Assembly: GCA_030452945.1 (NCBI GenBank)
Contig: JAKDLH010000001.1
Location: 1 to 62,259 of the forward strand
Direction of reading: 5' to 3'
Length of the DNA stretch: 62,259 nt
Source of the DNA: Microlunatus sp.
Lineage (GTDB): Bacteria; Actinomycetota; Actinomycetes; Propionibacteriales; Propionibacteriaceae
Part shown: piece by piece, positions 27,845 to 36,896 of the stretch
How the letters are laid out: every line of letters starts with the position of its first letter
How positions within the stretch are numbered: the stretch's first letter is position 1
The notes under the pieces: model-generated
The model's input: the letters and a program-made list of their open reading frames with translations, nothing else
Databases searched by the model: none
What the model was told of the DNA's origin: nothing
Program-made: the position numbers and the translations under genes

Positions 27845-28624
27845 TCAGGAGAGTGGCGCACCCACGCGGTTGGAGCGAAGTGCGTACACATCCATCACCC
27901 AGCCCCGACGCGCCCGGGCCGCGGCCCGCCGCTGGCGGATCTCGTCGAGCATCTCGCCCAAGCGGCCGCGGACCAGGGTCTCATCGGCCAGTCCAAGCTG
28001 GGCGCCCCAGGCGATCTCCAACTCGGGGAAGCGCTCGAGCAACGCGGCGCAGGCGAGATCGGCGTCCAGCATCACCACCACCGTCCCCAGGGCTGGATCG
28101 AACTCGTCGACCAGCCGGCGACCGGTGGTGAGGTGGATGGGTTCGCCGACCCCGTTCAGGATCATCTGGTGCCGGGCCGCGAGCAGCTGGATGCTGCTGA
28201 TCCCGGGGAGGACCTCGACGATCAGGTCCATTCCGGCCGAGCGGATCTGCTCGACGATCCGCAGAGTGCTGTCGTAGAACGCGGGATCACCCCAGACCAG
28301 GAAACCGACCGTGCCGCCGTGCGGCAGCTCGTGCGCGATCACCTCGGCGTAGGCCCGGGCGCGCCGAGCGTGCCAGTCGGCCACCGCCTCGCGGTAGCCG
28401 GTGGCGTCTCGGTCCCGCGCCGGGTCGGCGATCTCGATCACCCGGTAGTCGGGTCGGGTGATCACCGCACGACAGAGATCGGTCCGCATCACGGCCAGGT
28501 CGCGGGTGTCGGACCGCTTGTCGGCGACCAGGAACACGTCCACCCGGTTGAGCGCGGCTATGGCCTCGCCGGTCAGCTGAGTAGGACTGCCGCTGCCGAT
28601 GCCGACGACCAGGACGGTAATCAT
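27845..28624 (-). CDS. cobF: Precorrin-6A synthase (deacetylating)
   Basis: GIGSGSPTQLT, FLVWGDPAFYDST, TTGRRL, GWVMDVY. Confidence 0.9.
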   Translation of the reverse strand: MITVLVVGIGSGSPTQLTGEAIAALNRVDVFLVADKRSDTRDLAVMRTDLCRAVITRPDYRVIEIADPARDRDATGYREAVADWHARRARAYAEVIAHELPHGGTVGFLVWGDPAFYDSTLRIVEQIRSAGMDLIVEVLPGISSIQLLAARHQMILNGVGEPIHLTTGRRLVDEFDPALGTVVVMLDADLACAALLERFPELEIAWGAQLGLADETLVRGRLGEMLDEIRQRRAAARARRGWVMDVYALRSNRVGAPLS

Positions 28625-30099
28625 CGACCGGCCCGGGTCCAGCTCAGCAGGCGATCCAGGTCGAGATGCTCCTCGACGACATCGGCCACGCTGGCGATCA
28701 TCGCTTCTCGACGGTCGGCGAAGTCTGGACTGTCCGGGCGCGGCCGCCAGTCGGAGCCGGCGGCCTGGGCGACCTCGGCCAGCCAGCAGCGCCGGAAGCC
28801 GTCGTTCTCCAAGGTGCCGTGCCACATGGTGCCCCAGGTCTGAGCGACCCGGTAGCCGTCGAGGAACGGCTCTCCGCCGGACCCGGGAAGTGGTTCGGCC
28901 GCCCCGTGATGGATCTCGTATCCGTGTACCGGGTACCCCGACCAGGTTCCGTTCGGTCGGCCGAGGACCTTGGCCGGGCCGAACGTGATCCGGATCGGCA
29001 ACAGAGCAAGTCCGTCCACGGTGCCGGTCTCGGACTCGACCGGGTCGTGAATCCGGTGGGCCAGCATCTGGTAGCCGCCGCAGATCCCCAGCACCGGCCG
29101 AGCACGTCGGGCCCGGTCCACGACGGCGTCGCCGAGACCGGTGTCCCGCAGCCAGGCCAGGTCCGAGACGGTGGTCCGGGAGCCGGGCAGCACGACCAGA
29201 TCGGCTTCGACCACGATCCGTGGATCTGTGGTGACCAGGACGTCGACGCCGGGTTCGGCGGCGAGCGCCTCCACGTCGGTGAGGTTGGAGACGCGCGGCA
29301 GCCGAACCACGGCGACCCGCAGGCGATCACGATCCTCGGAGATCCGCGTCGACGCGCGCCAGGCACCCACCTCGAGGGTGTCTTCGGCGTCCAGCCACAC
29401 GCCCGCGAGCCAGGGCAGCACTCCCAGGCAGGTCATCCCGGTGCGCTCGCTCAGCATCTCCAACCCCGGCTGAAGAACCTCGAGGCCACCGCGGAACTTG
29501 TTGATCACGTAGCCGCGGACCTGGGCCCGGTCGGCGTCGGTCAACAGGGCCACCGTGCCGTACAGGGAGGCGAAGACCCCGCCGCGATCGATGTCACCGA
29601 CGACCACCACCGGCAGGTCGAACCGTCGGGCCAGTCCGAGGTTCACGTAGTCACCGGTGCGCAGGTTGATCTCGGCCGGGGAGCCGGCGCCCTCGCAGAC
29701 GATCAGTTCGTGCTCGGCGGCCAGTTCCTCGTATGCGGCGAAGGCGGCCTGGGCCAGGGCGCCCCGCCCGGTCGCGTACTCACCGGCGGCCAGCGTCCCG
29801 TACGGCTGACCGCGCAGCACCACGAAGCTGCGCCGATCCGATCCCGGCTTCAACAGGACCGGGTTCATCGCCGAGGTTGGCTGAACTCCGGCAGCTTGCG
29901 CCTGTAGATATTGAGCGCGACCGATCTCGGATCCGTCGGCGCAGACGGCTGAGTTGTTGGACATGTTCTGCGCCTTGAACGGGGCGACGTCCACACTCCG
30001 GCGCTGCAGGGCCCGGCACAGACCAGTCACGACCAGCGACTTCCCGGCGCCGGAGGAGGTGCCGGCGACCAGCACTCCGCTGGCCCTGCCGCAATTCAC
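28621..30099 (-). CDS. cobQ: Cobyric acid synthase
   Basis: AGTSSGAGKS, PFKAQNMSNN, EGAGSPAEINL, GICGGYQML, GYEIHHG. Confidence 0.95.
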   Translation of the reverse strand: MNCGRASGVLVAGTSSGAGKSLVVTGLCRALQRRSVDVAPFKAQNMSNNSAVCADGSEIGRAQYLQAQAAGVQPTSAMNPVLLKPGSDRRSFVVLRGQPYGTLAAGEYATGRGALAQAAFAAYEELAAEHELIVCEGAGSPAEINLRTGDYVNLGLARRFDLPVVVVGDIDRGGVFASLYGTVALLTDADRAQVRGYVINKFRGGLEVLQPGLEMLSERTGMTCLGVLPWLAGVWLDAEDTLEVGAWRASTRISEDRDRLRVAVVRLPRVSNLTDVEALAAEPGVDVLVTTDPRIVVEADLVVLPGSRTTVSDLAWLRDTGLGDAVVDRARRARPVLGICGGYQMLAHRIHDPVESETGTVDGLALLPIRITFGPAKVLGRPNGTWSGYPVHGYEIHHGAAEPLPGSGGEPFLDGYRVAQTWGTMWHGTLENDGFRRCWLAEVAQAAGSDWRPRPDSPDFADRREAMIASVADVVEEHLDLDRLLSWTRAGR

Positions 30100-31153
30100 G
30101 CCGTCCCGCCCGGCGCTGGCTCCGCCTCGATCGGGCACCGGGGGAGTCTAGGTGATCGGTGCCTGCGCCGGCGGCGCCGACTCGGTGGCGTAGCCGCAGC
30201 ACCCGGAAGGTGCCTGGCTGGATCTGCACGGCCGCGATCCCGGCCAAGATCAACACGCCACCGACGACCTGGATCGAGGCCGGAATCTCGCCCAGCAGCA
30301 GGGCGGCGAAGGCCACGGCCAAGATCACCTCGGACAGGGCCACGAACGACGCGATCGAGCTGCCGAGGCGTCGGACCGCCTCGATGCCGGTCAGGTAGGC
30401 CAGCGCCGCGGTGATCAGAGCCAACCCGATGATCGGCAACCACCAGGGCACGGTGTGGGCGGCGATCGTGGCCGAGCCGGCGGAGGCAGCCAGCGGGACG
30501 ATGCCGATCAGACCGGCGAACAGAAGAACGGCAGCCCCGACGCCGGTGCCGGCCGTGGCCAGCAGCAGGGCCGGCGGGCCTCCCGCGCTGTGGTCGGACA
30601 TCAAGAAGTACACGCACAGGCACAGCGCGGCTCCCAGACCCCAGGCCACACCGACGAGGCTGATCTGGACGTCGCCGGTCAGGTCGAGGACCAGGATCAA
30701 ACCGGCCACCGCCATGGCCGCCCCGACCAGCTTGCCGGCGGTCGGGCGATCCCCGCTCCGCCACCAGTGCCAGCCGATCAGCAGCACCGGAGCCAGGTAC
30801 TCCAGCAGCAGGGCCACGCCCACCGAGAGGTGCTGCACAGCGCTGAAGAAGCACAACTGGGCCGCGGCGACGGCGACCACACCGTAGGCGACCATCCGGC
30901 CGGTGGTGCGACCGGTGGGCAGGCCGATACGCCGGAGCAGCAGCAGACACGGAATGAGCAGAGCCAGGAAGGCGCCGCCCACCCGAGCTGCGACCAACGC
31001 CGCGGGGGACCAGCCGGTGACCAGCAGGCTGCCGGCCAACGATCCCGACAACCCGAACGCTGCCGCCGAGCACATGGCAATAGGCAGACCGGTGCGCACG
31101 TCTAAGGTGGAGGTGCCGGTCGCTGAAGCGCGGGTGGTGAGCGTAGTGGTCAT
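29780..31153 (-). CDS. EamA/DMT-family transporter; 3' tail runs into cobQ, so the true end is uncertain
   Basis: About 10 hydrophobic segments; VGVALLLEYLAP, ASFVALSEV. Confidence 0.8.
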   Translation of the reverse strand: MTTTLTTRASATGTSTLDVRTGLPIAMCSAAAFGLSGSLAGSLLVTGWSPAALVAARVGGAFLALLIPCLLLLRRIGLPTGRTTGRMVAYGVVAVAAAQLCFFSAVQHLSVGVALLLEYLAPVLLIGWHWWRSGDRPTAGKLVGAAMAVAGLILVLDLTGDVQISLVGVAWGLGAALCLCVYFLMSDHSAGGPPALLLATAGTGVGAAVLLFAGLIGIVPLAASAGSATIAAHTVPWWLPIIGLALITAALAYLTGIEAVRRLGSSIASFVALSEVILAVAFAALLLGEIPASIQVVGGVLILAGIAAVQIQPGTFRVLRLRHRVGAAGAGTDHLDSPGARSRRSQRRAGRRELRQGQRSAGRRHLLRRREVAGRDWSVPGPAAPECGRRPVQGAEHVQQLSRLRRRIRDRSRSISTGASCRSSANLGDEPGPVEAGIGSAQLRGAARSAVRDAGRR

Positions 31154-31163
31154 GGTCGTTCCT

Positions 31164-31196
31164 TGTCACGGGTGAAGCGGTATTACACCAGTGACA
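31164..31196. promoter_or_regulatory. Imperfect inverted repeat between the divergent EamA and CGNR genes (putative operator)
   Basis: TGTCACGGGTGAA...TTACACCAGTGACA. Confidence 0.5.
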
Positions 31197-31222
31197 CTAC
31201 GTGGGGAGGTGTCACCAATCAA

Positions 31223-31771
31223 ATGGTCTTCACCCATGACACAGAGGTCTGGATAGAGCAAGCCACGGCCCTGGTCAACACCCTCGATTCCGACGGTGTC
31301 GACGAGTTGGCCGAGCCCGCGGATCTCCAGGTATTTCTGGAAAGTCATCCCTACTTCGGGCTCGTGGCCGAGACCGAGGACGAGTTGGCCGAGGTGCGCG
31401 AGGTACGGAGCCAACTCGGCCGACTCTGGCAGGTGGCCGATCGCGACGACGCCGTCCCGATCGTCAACGAGATCCTCACGACCGCCGGGGCCTGCCCGTT
31501 TCTGATCCGGCACGACGGATGGGACTGGCACCTGCACGTCACCCCGACCGACGCCCCGTTGGCGCGGCGGATGGCGGCCGAGGCGGCGATGGCCTTCCTC
31601 GAACTGATCCGCGCCGACGACTGGGAGCGGCTCAAGACCTGCGCCGGTGAAGGCTGCGGCAACGTGCTGGTCGACTTGTCGAAGAACCGATCAAAGCGCT
31701 ACTGCGACGCCGGCAACTGCGGCAACCGGGCCGCGGTCGCGGCCTACCGGGCCCGGAAGCGGGCGCAGTGA
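31223..31771 (+). CDS. CGNR zinc-finger (ABATE) domain protein
   Basis: RLKTCAGEGC...DLSKNRSKRYCDAGNCGNR. Confidence 0.92.
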   Translation: MVFTHDTEVWIEQATALVNTLDSDGVDELAEPADLQVFLESHPYFGLVAETEDELAEVREVRSQLGRLWQVADRDDAVPIVNEILTTAGACPFLIRHDGWDWHLHVTPTDAPLARRMAAEAAMAFLELIRADDWERLKTCAGEGCGNVLVDLSKNRSKRYCDAGNCGNRAAVAAYRARKRAQ

Positions 31772-32973
31772 GCCGGGGCCTGGGGGCCTCGGCCCGCTCG
31801 GCGGTGCCGCCGTTCGCGGTGATGACGGTGCTGCAGCGGGTCGCCGAGCTCCGGGCCAGCGGTCAGGACGTGATCTCCCTCTGCGCCGGAGAGCCCTCGC
31901 AGGGTGCCACCTCCGACGTCAAGCGCCGGATGGGCGAGCTGATGATCGACCGTACGCCGCTGGGCTACAGCGAGACGTTCGGGCTGCGACCACTGCGGGA
32001 GGCTATCGCCGGGCACTATCGGCGCTGGTACGACCTTGAGGTCCCGGTCGAGCAGATCGCGGTCACGACCGGATCCTCCGGGGCGTTCCTGGTCGGCTTT
32101 CTCGCTGCTTTCGACGCTGGTGACCGAGTGCTGCTGGCCCGCCCCGGCTACCCGGCGTACCGCAACATCTTGACCAGCCTGGGTTGTGCGGTCACCGAAT
32201 TGGCCTGCGGCCCGGCCGAGCGCTTCCAACCGACCCGCGCGCTGCTCGACGCCGCCCTGGCCGACGGTCCGGTGGCCGGTCTGGTGCTGGCCTCGCCGGC
32301 CAACCCGACCGGCACCATGGTCGACCATGATCAACTAGCCGACCTGGTGGCCTGGTGTGGTGATCATGGGGTCCGGCTGGTGAGCGACGAGATCTACCAC
32401 GGCATCGTCGACGCCGGCCTGAGCGAGCGGGTCGGCGCCGGCTGCAGCGCCTGGCAGCATGATCGCACCGCGGTGCTCATCTCCTCGTTCTCCAAGTATT
32501 GGGGCATGACCGGGTGGCGACTCGGTTGGGCAGTGGTTCCCGACGACCTGGTCTCCGCGGTCGACGCCCTGGCCGGCAACTACGCCTTGTGCGCGCCCGT
32601 GCCCGCCCAGCACGCCGCGATCCAAGCGTTCACCGAGAGCTCGTACGCCGAGGCCGGGGCCGCCGTCGAAGAGTTCGCGGCCGCTCGTTCACTGGTGCTG
32701 GACTCCGTGGCGGATCTGGGCTGGGCCAAGGTTGCACCGGCCGATGGGGCGTTCTACGTGTGGGCCGACATCGCCGAGCAGTTGGGCCCCTACCCGGACT
32801 CGGTCGCCTGGTGTGCGGCCCTGCTGGATACCGAGGGCGTGGCCGTGACTCCCGGTCCGGACTTCGACACCGTGGACGGCGGTACGGCGATCAGGTTGTC
32901 GTTGGCCGCCGGGCCCGAGGCCATCGCCGCCGCACTGCTGCGCATCCATCGTTTTCAGCAGGCGCTCGGCTGA
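31768..32973 (+). CDS. PLP-dependent aminotransferase class I/II
   Basis: SPANPTG, SDEIYH, SFSKYWGMTGWRLG. Confidence 0.93.
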   Translation: MSRGLGASARSAVPPFAVMTVLQRVAELRASGQDVISLCAGEPSQGATSDVKRRMGELMIDRTPLGYSETFGLRPLREAIAGHYRRWYDLEVPVEQIAVTTGSSGAFLVGFLAAFDAGDRVLLARPGYPAYRNILTSLGCAVTELACGPAERFQPTRALLDAALADGPVAGLVLASPANPTGTMVDHDQLADLVAWCGDHGVRLVSDEIYHGIVDAGLSERVGAGCSAWQHDRTAVLISSFSKYWGMTGWRLGWAVVPDDLVSAVDALAGNYALCAPVPAQHAAIQAFTESSYAEAGAAVEEFAAARSLVLDSVADLGWAKVAPADGAFYVWADIAEQLGPYPDSVAWCAALLDTEGVAVTPGPDFDTVDGGTAIRLSLAAGPEAIAAALLRIHRFQQALG

Positions 32974-32977
32974 CGCC

Positions 32978-33451
32978 CTAGGGCGCGTCCGACTGCGAGA
33001 CCCGCCGCTCACGGCCGGTCAGCACCGCGCCGGCCAGCAGGCAGCCGATCCAGATCACCGCCAGCAGGGCCGCCGCCCCGGCGATGTAGTTGCGGTCCAG
33101 CAGGCTGGGATTGTTGGCCAACCGGCCGTACCCGCTGATGAACGGCCAGCCGATCAGCAGCGCGAACACGCTCAGCACCAGGGCGACCACAACCACGTCT
33201 CGCCACGGACGCGACAGTCGCCGGACGATCAGCCAGCCGACCACGGCGGCTAGCGGCAGCAGGATCACGTCGTTGAGCACCGGTGGAACCAGCAACCACA
33301 GTCCGGTCGAGATGCGCTCCGGCCAGGTCGGCGTCGCGCCCAGCGTCAGGTAGGCGCCATACCCGATGCCAGCCACACCGACCGCCGCCAGTACCCAGCG
33401 CAGGATTTGCTGGCTTGAGGTGCTGCTCGGTGGCAGCTCTGGGACGCTCAT
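32978..33451 (-). CDS. Four-TM membrane protein
   Basis: Hydrophobic segments; NPSLLDRNY; coupled to the upstream oxidoreductase. Confidence 0.75.
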   Translation of the reverse strand: MSVPELPPSSTSSQQILRWVLAAVGVAGIGYGAYLTLGATPTWPERISTGLWLLVPPVLNDVILLPLAAVVGWLIVRRLSRPWRDVVVVALVLSVFALLIGWPFISGYGRLANNPSLLDRNYIAGAAALLAVIWIGCLLAGAVLTGRERRVSQSDAP

Positions 33452-34623
33452 CCGACTTCGATCCGCCGCAACCACTTGGTCTGCAGCACTCCTGGCCGGT
33501 TGGGGGCGATCAGCCGGGCGGGATATCCGTGGTCGAGGTCGAGCGGGCTGCCGTTCAGGACCAACGCGACCAGGGTGTCCGGGATCGCCACCAGCGAGGC
33601 GGCCACCACGCTTGCTCCGTAAAGCCCGTTCTCCAGCGACAGCACGGTTGCGTCGCGCGGATCCTCTCCGACCACGGCCAGCAGATCACGCAAGGGCACC
33701 CCGGTCCAGACGGCCCCGGCCGACCAGCCCTCCACGCAGGTCATCGGCAGTGACGCCGTGCGCTGCGGCAACGCCGCCAGCTCGGCCAGCGACAGCGCGA
33801 CGCTGCGGTCGCTGCCGACCACCTTCAGCCGCCAGTCCGGTGAGCTGGCTGCCTCGACCACCCCGACCGACACGGCAGAGTGGTTGACCGGCAGACCCTG
33901 CGGTCCATCGCCGCTGCGCTGGGAGAACACCGAGACCGGGGAGAAGAACGGCACCTTGTCCCCGATGGTGGTGATCACCGCGAGGGCCGCGCCGCCGCCG
34001 GCGAGCCCGAGCATCCCGCGCCGGCTCAGCGCCCGCACCGGCTCGGCGGACGCCTCCGGTGCCTGCCGGACCGGTGCGCCCAGCCCCGCCCGGATCCAGG
34101 GCAGCTTGACCGCGATGTGCAGCACGATGGCTCCGATCGCCACCCAGGCCACGGCGTAGTGCACGGTGGTGAAGAAGAAGGTCCAGGCGTAGAGCTCGGC
34201 GGTGTTGAGCACCCCGGTCAGCAGCTGGAAGGTGCCCGCGGCGACCAGCACCAAGATGGAGAGCCGCTCCAGAGCGTCCACCGGACCGCCGAACAGGGGA
34301 CGGCGCCAGAACTTCGGCGCCACTGACCACAGCTTGATCACCAGTAGCGGAATCGCGGCGACCCCGGCGGTCACGTGGACGCCCTGGGTGACGCGGTAGA
34401 TCCAGACCGGCGACGTCAGCGCCCGCCAGGACCCGAGAAGTGGGTGTTGCAGGAAGTGGCTGACCAGCCCGGTCAGGAAGCAGACCGCAAAGGCGATGCC
34501 CAGCCAGATACCTAACCGGGCGGTCAGCGCGGTGCTGCGCAGCGGGGAGGCGAAGGTCTGCTCGTCGGGCAGCGCCCGCTCGACCTGCCGGCTCAGACCG
34601 TCGCGCGGCGGCTCCCCGCTCAC
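33448..34623 (-). CDS. Membrane-bound molybdopterin-dependent oxidoreductase (sulfite oxidase/MsrP-like)
   Basis: CVEGWS, LDLDHGYPARLIAPNRPGVLQTKW; N-terminal TMs; internal SRRGML. Confidence 0.88.
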   Translation of the reverse strand: MSGEPPRDGLSRQVERALPDEQTFASPLRSTALTARLGIWLGIAFAVCFLTGLVSHFLQHPLLGSWRALTSPVWIYRVTQGVHVTAGVAAIPLLVIKLWSVAPKFWRRPLFGGPVDALERLSILVLVAAGTFQLLTGVLNTAELYAWTFFFTTVHYAVAWVAIGAIVLHIAVKLPWIRAGLGAPVRQAPEASAEPVRALSRRGMLGLAGGGAALAVITTIGDKVPFFSPVSVFSQRSGDGPQGLPVNHSAVSVGVVEAASSPDWRLKVVGSDRSVALSLAELAALPQRTASLPMTCVEGWSAGAVWTGVPLRDLLAVVGEDPRDATVLSLENGLYGASVVAASLVAIPDTLVALVLNGSPLDLDHGYPARLIAPNRPGVLQTKWLRRIEVG

Positions 34624-35282
34624 GGCAGCTCCGCCGGGGGTGACCACTGGTCAGCGACGATCATCTCGGCCTGCCACCGCGGCTCGCCCTCGACCTGCCA
34701 CCAGTCGAGGACCCGGAGACCGGCAGCGGCGGCGACCGGCGCGAGGGCATCGACCCCGAGCAGAGCCCAGTCGAACCAGGCACCTGTTCCCCGGGAGCCG
34801 ACCAGCCGGGCGGTGGTGATGTGCAGTCCCTGCCCGGGTGGGCCCAGGTCGACCAGCACCGTGCCGCCGGGAGCCAGCAGCTCTCGGCAGAGCCAGAGCA
34901 GTCGGATCGGATCGCCGCCGATGCCCACGTTGCCGTCGACCAGCAGCACGTGGTCCCAGCGCTGCGGTCCTCCCGAGAGCGAGAAGACATCGCGATGCAG
35001 CGCTGAGGCTCCGCGGGACCGCGTCATGGCCACCGCCAGCGGCGAGACGTCGACCCCGAGTGCGGTCAGACCGCGTCGGGACAGGGCGGACGTCATCCGG
35101 CCCGGTCCGCACCCCACGTCCAAGGTGGCGCCCCGGCAGCGCGCCAGCAGGGGCTGGTCTGCCGGTCCGGCGTCGGCAATCCACTGTGGCACCGGCAGCT
35201 CCCAGACGCGGCCGTCTCGGGTATGCAGCTGTCCGCCCTGCTCAATGAATCCGGGCTCGAAAAAGGCTTCCGGTTGGCTCAT
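34620..35282 (-). CDS. Class I SAM-dependent methyltransferase
   Basis: LDVGCGPGR, LGVDVS, DGNVGIGGDP. Confidence 0.88.
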   Translation of the reverse strand: MSQPEAFFEPGFIEQGGQLHTRDGRVWELPVPQWIADAGPADQPLLARCRGATLDVGCGPGRMTSALSRRGLTALGVDVSPLAVAMTRSRGASALHRDVFSLSGGPQRWDHVLLVDGNVGIGGDPIRLLWLCRELLAPGGTVLVDLGPPGQGLHITTARLVGSRGTGAWFDWALLGVDALAPVAAAAGLRVLDWWQVEGEPRWQAEMIVADQWSPPAELP

Positions 35283-36031
35283 CGCGCCTCCGTTCGGTCC
35301 CCGAGGGTCCTGGCCAAGGCCGCGAACCGCGTACCAGCCGCCGCCGCCGCCACCATCGGTACGTCCTCGGGCAGGTCCACGTCCAACAGCGCCGGTAGCA
35401 GCTCCACCCTCAAGCCACCCTGCTGGAGCGCGGCCCGGGTCAGCCGGCCGGTCTCGGCGGTCGACATCGCGACGTTGGCGATCAGCCGCGCGTGCCCGGC
35501 CCGGCGCAGCGCGAGCAGCCACCAGCCGCCGTCATCGGCCGGACCGAGGGCGGCGTCGGGGCCGTCCTCGGCGACGACCCGGCTGGCGGCCGCCCTCAGC
35601 AGCTCCGGGGTGACTTGCGGGGTGTCCATTCCGATCTGCACGGTGGGTCCAAGCTCGCCGGCGGCGTCGACGTGGGCGTGGGCCAATCGCGGGCCCAGGC
35701 CGTCGCCCCGCTGGGAGATGACGGTGAAGCCGGCCAGCGCGTTCCGGACGCCATCCGGAGCGGCGCCGGAATCCAGATCGCCGCTCAGCGCACAGACCGG
35801 AAGCCGCGCCGAGGCGTCGGACCCATCGACGGACGCCCGAACGGCGTCGAGGGTGTCCAGCAGCGCCGCGGCCGCGAGCGCGGCTGCCTCGTGGTCGCTG
35901 TAGGAGGGGGTGAGACGGGTCTTCACCAGACCGGGGGCAGGCGCCTTGGCCACCACCAGGTAGGTCACCCGGTCGCTTCCGGCATGGGCATCGACCGGCG
36001 TCGGGGAGTCGGTTCGGGCGGTGCGGTTCAC
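35279..36031 (-). CDS. DUF2064 / CofC-like nucleotide-diphospho-sugar-transferase-fold protein
   Basis: AKAPAPGLVKTRL, QRGDGLG, IGMDTPQ, GPADDGGWW, DVD. Confidence 0.85.
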   Translation of the reverse strand: MNRTARTDSPTPVDAHAGSDRVTYLVVAKAPAPGLVKTRLTPSYSDHEAAALAAAALLDTLDAVRASVDGSDASARLPVCALSGDLDSGAAPDGVRNALAGFTVISQRGDGLGPRLAHAHVDAAGELGPTVQIGMDTPQVTPELLRAAASRVVAEDGPDAALGPADDGGWWLLALRRAGHARLIANVAMSTAETGRLTRAALQQGGLRVELLPALLDVDLPEDVPMVAAAAAGTRFAALARTLGDRTEAR

Positions 36032-36032
36032 G

Positions 36033-36752
36033 TCAGGTGTTCGTAGCCGAGGACTGGTTCGGATGAGTACTTCCGATGCGCAGCGGCGGTCGCCAGCGAC
36101 GCCGGAGCACCGTGGCGAAGTCCCGGGCGACCCGAAGCGTGCCGCGTACGGTTCCGCTGACCTTGGAGCGGCCGCCACCAGTCCGGCGTCGGTAGCTGAC
36201 GTCGACCTCGACCACCCGCAAGCCGTGCTGGGCGGCGACCAAGACCGTCTCCAGCGGATAGCCGAACCGTCGGTCGCTCAACTCAAGGTCCAGCAGATCG
36301 GCGCGCCTGGCCACCCGGACCGGCGCGATGTCGTGAACCGAGACGCCGGTGGAGAGACGGATCAATCCGGCAAGCACCACATTTCCGGCCCGCGCGTGCC
36401 AGGGCCAAGCCCGAGACTCCACCAGCCGGCGTCGACCGCACACCAGCTCGGCGCGGCCTGAACGTACGAGCCCGACCGGGCCGGTCAGCTCGCCGGGATC
36501 GAGCGAGCCGTCGCAGTCGATCACCGCCACGATCTCGGTCGTGGCGGCTTCGATGCCAGTGTGAACGGCCGCGCCGTAGCCGCGGGCGGGCTCGTGCAGC
36601 ACTCGGGCGCCGAGCCCACGGGCAAGCTCGGGACTGCCGTCGGTGGAACCGTTGTCCACCACCAGAGCGTCGTAGCCGGCGGGGATGGCGTCGAGCACGC
36701 CGGGTAGAGCGCCTGCCTCGTTCAGGCAGGGCAGCACTACCGTGACCGCCAT
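36033..36752 (-). CDS. Glycosyltransferase family 2 (polyprenol-phosphate sugar synthase-like)
   Basis: LPCLNEA, VDNGSTDGS, GYGAA, DCDGS, SKVSG. Confidence 0.9.
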   Translation of the reverse strand: MAVTVVLPCLNEAGALPGVLDAIPAGYDALVVDNGSTDGSPELARGLGARVLHEPARGYGAAVHTGIEAATTEIVAVIDCDGSLDPGELTGPVGLVRSGRAELVCGRRRLVESRAWPWHARAGNVVLAGLIRLSTGVSVHDIAPVRVARRADLLDLELSDRRFGYPLETVLVAAQHGLRVVEVDVSYRRRTGGGRSKVSGTVRGTLRVARDFATVLRRRWRPPLRIGSTHPNQSSATNT

Positions 36753-36896
36753 CACTCGCGCCGCCGTAGGGTCATGACCCAAGACGGGTCAGGACCGAAC
36801 CCGAAGAAACTGCGAAACACAAACGAAGAATAAGCTGACCAGGCCGGACGGCGTCGACGTGGGTCGAGGCAATCGAGGCGAGAAGAAGGAGACGGT

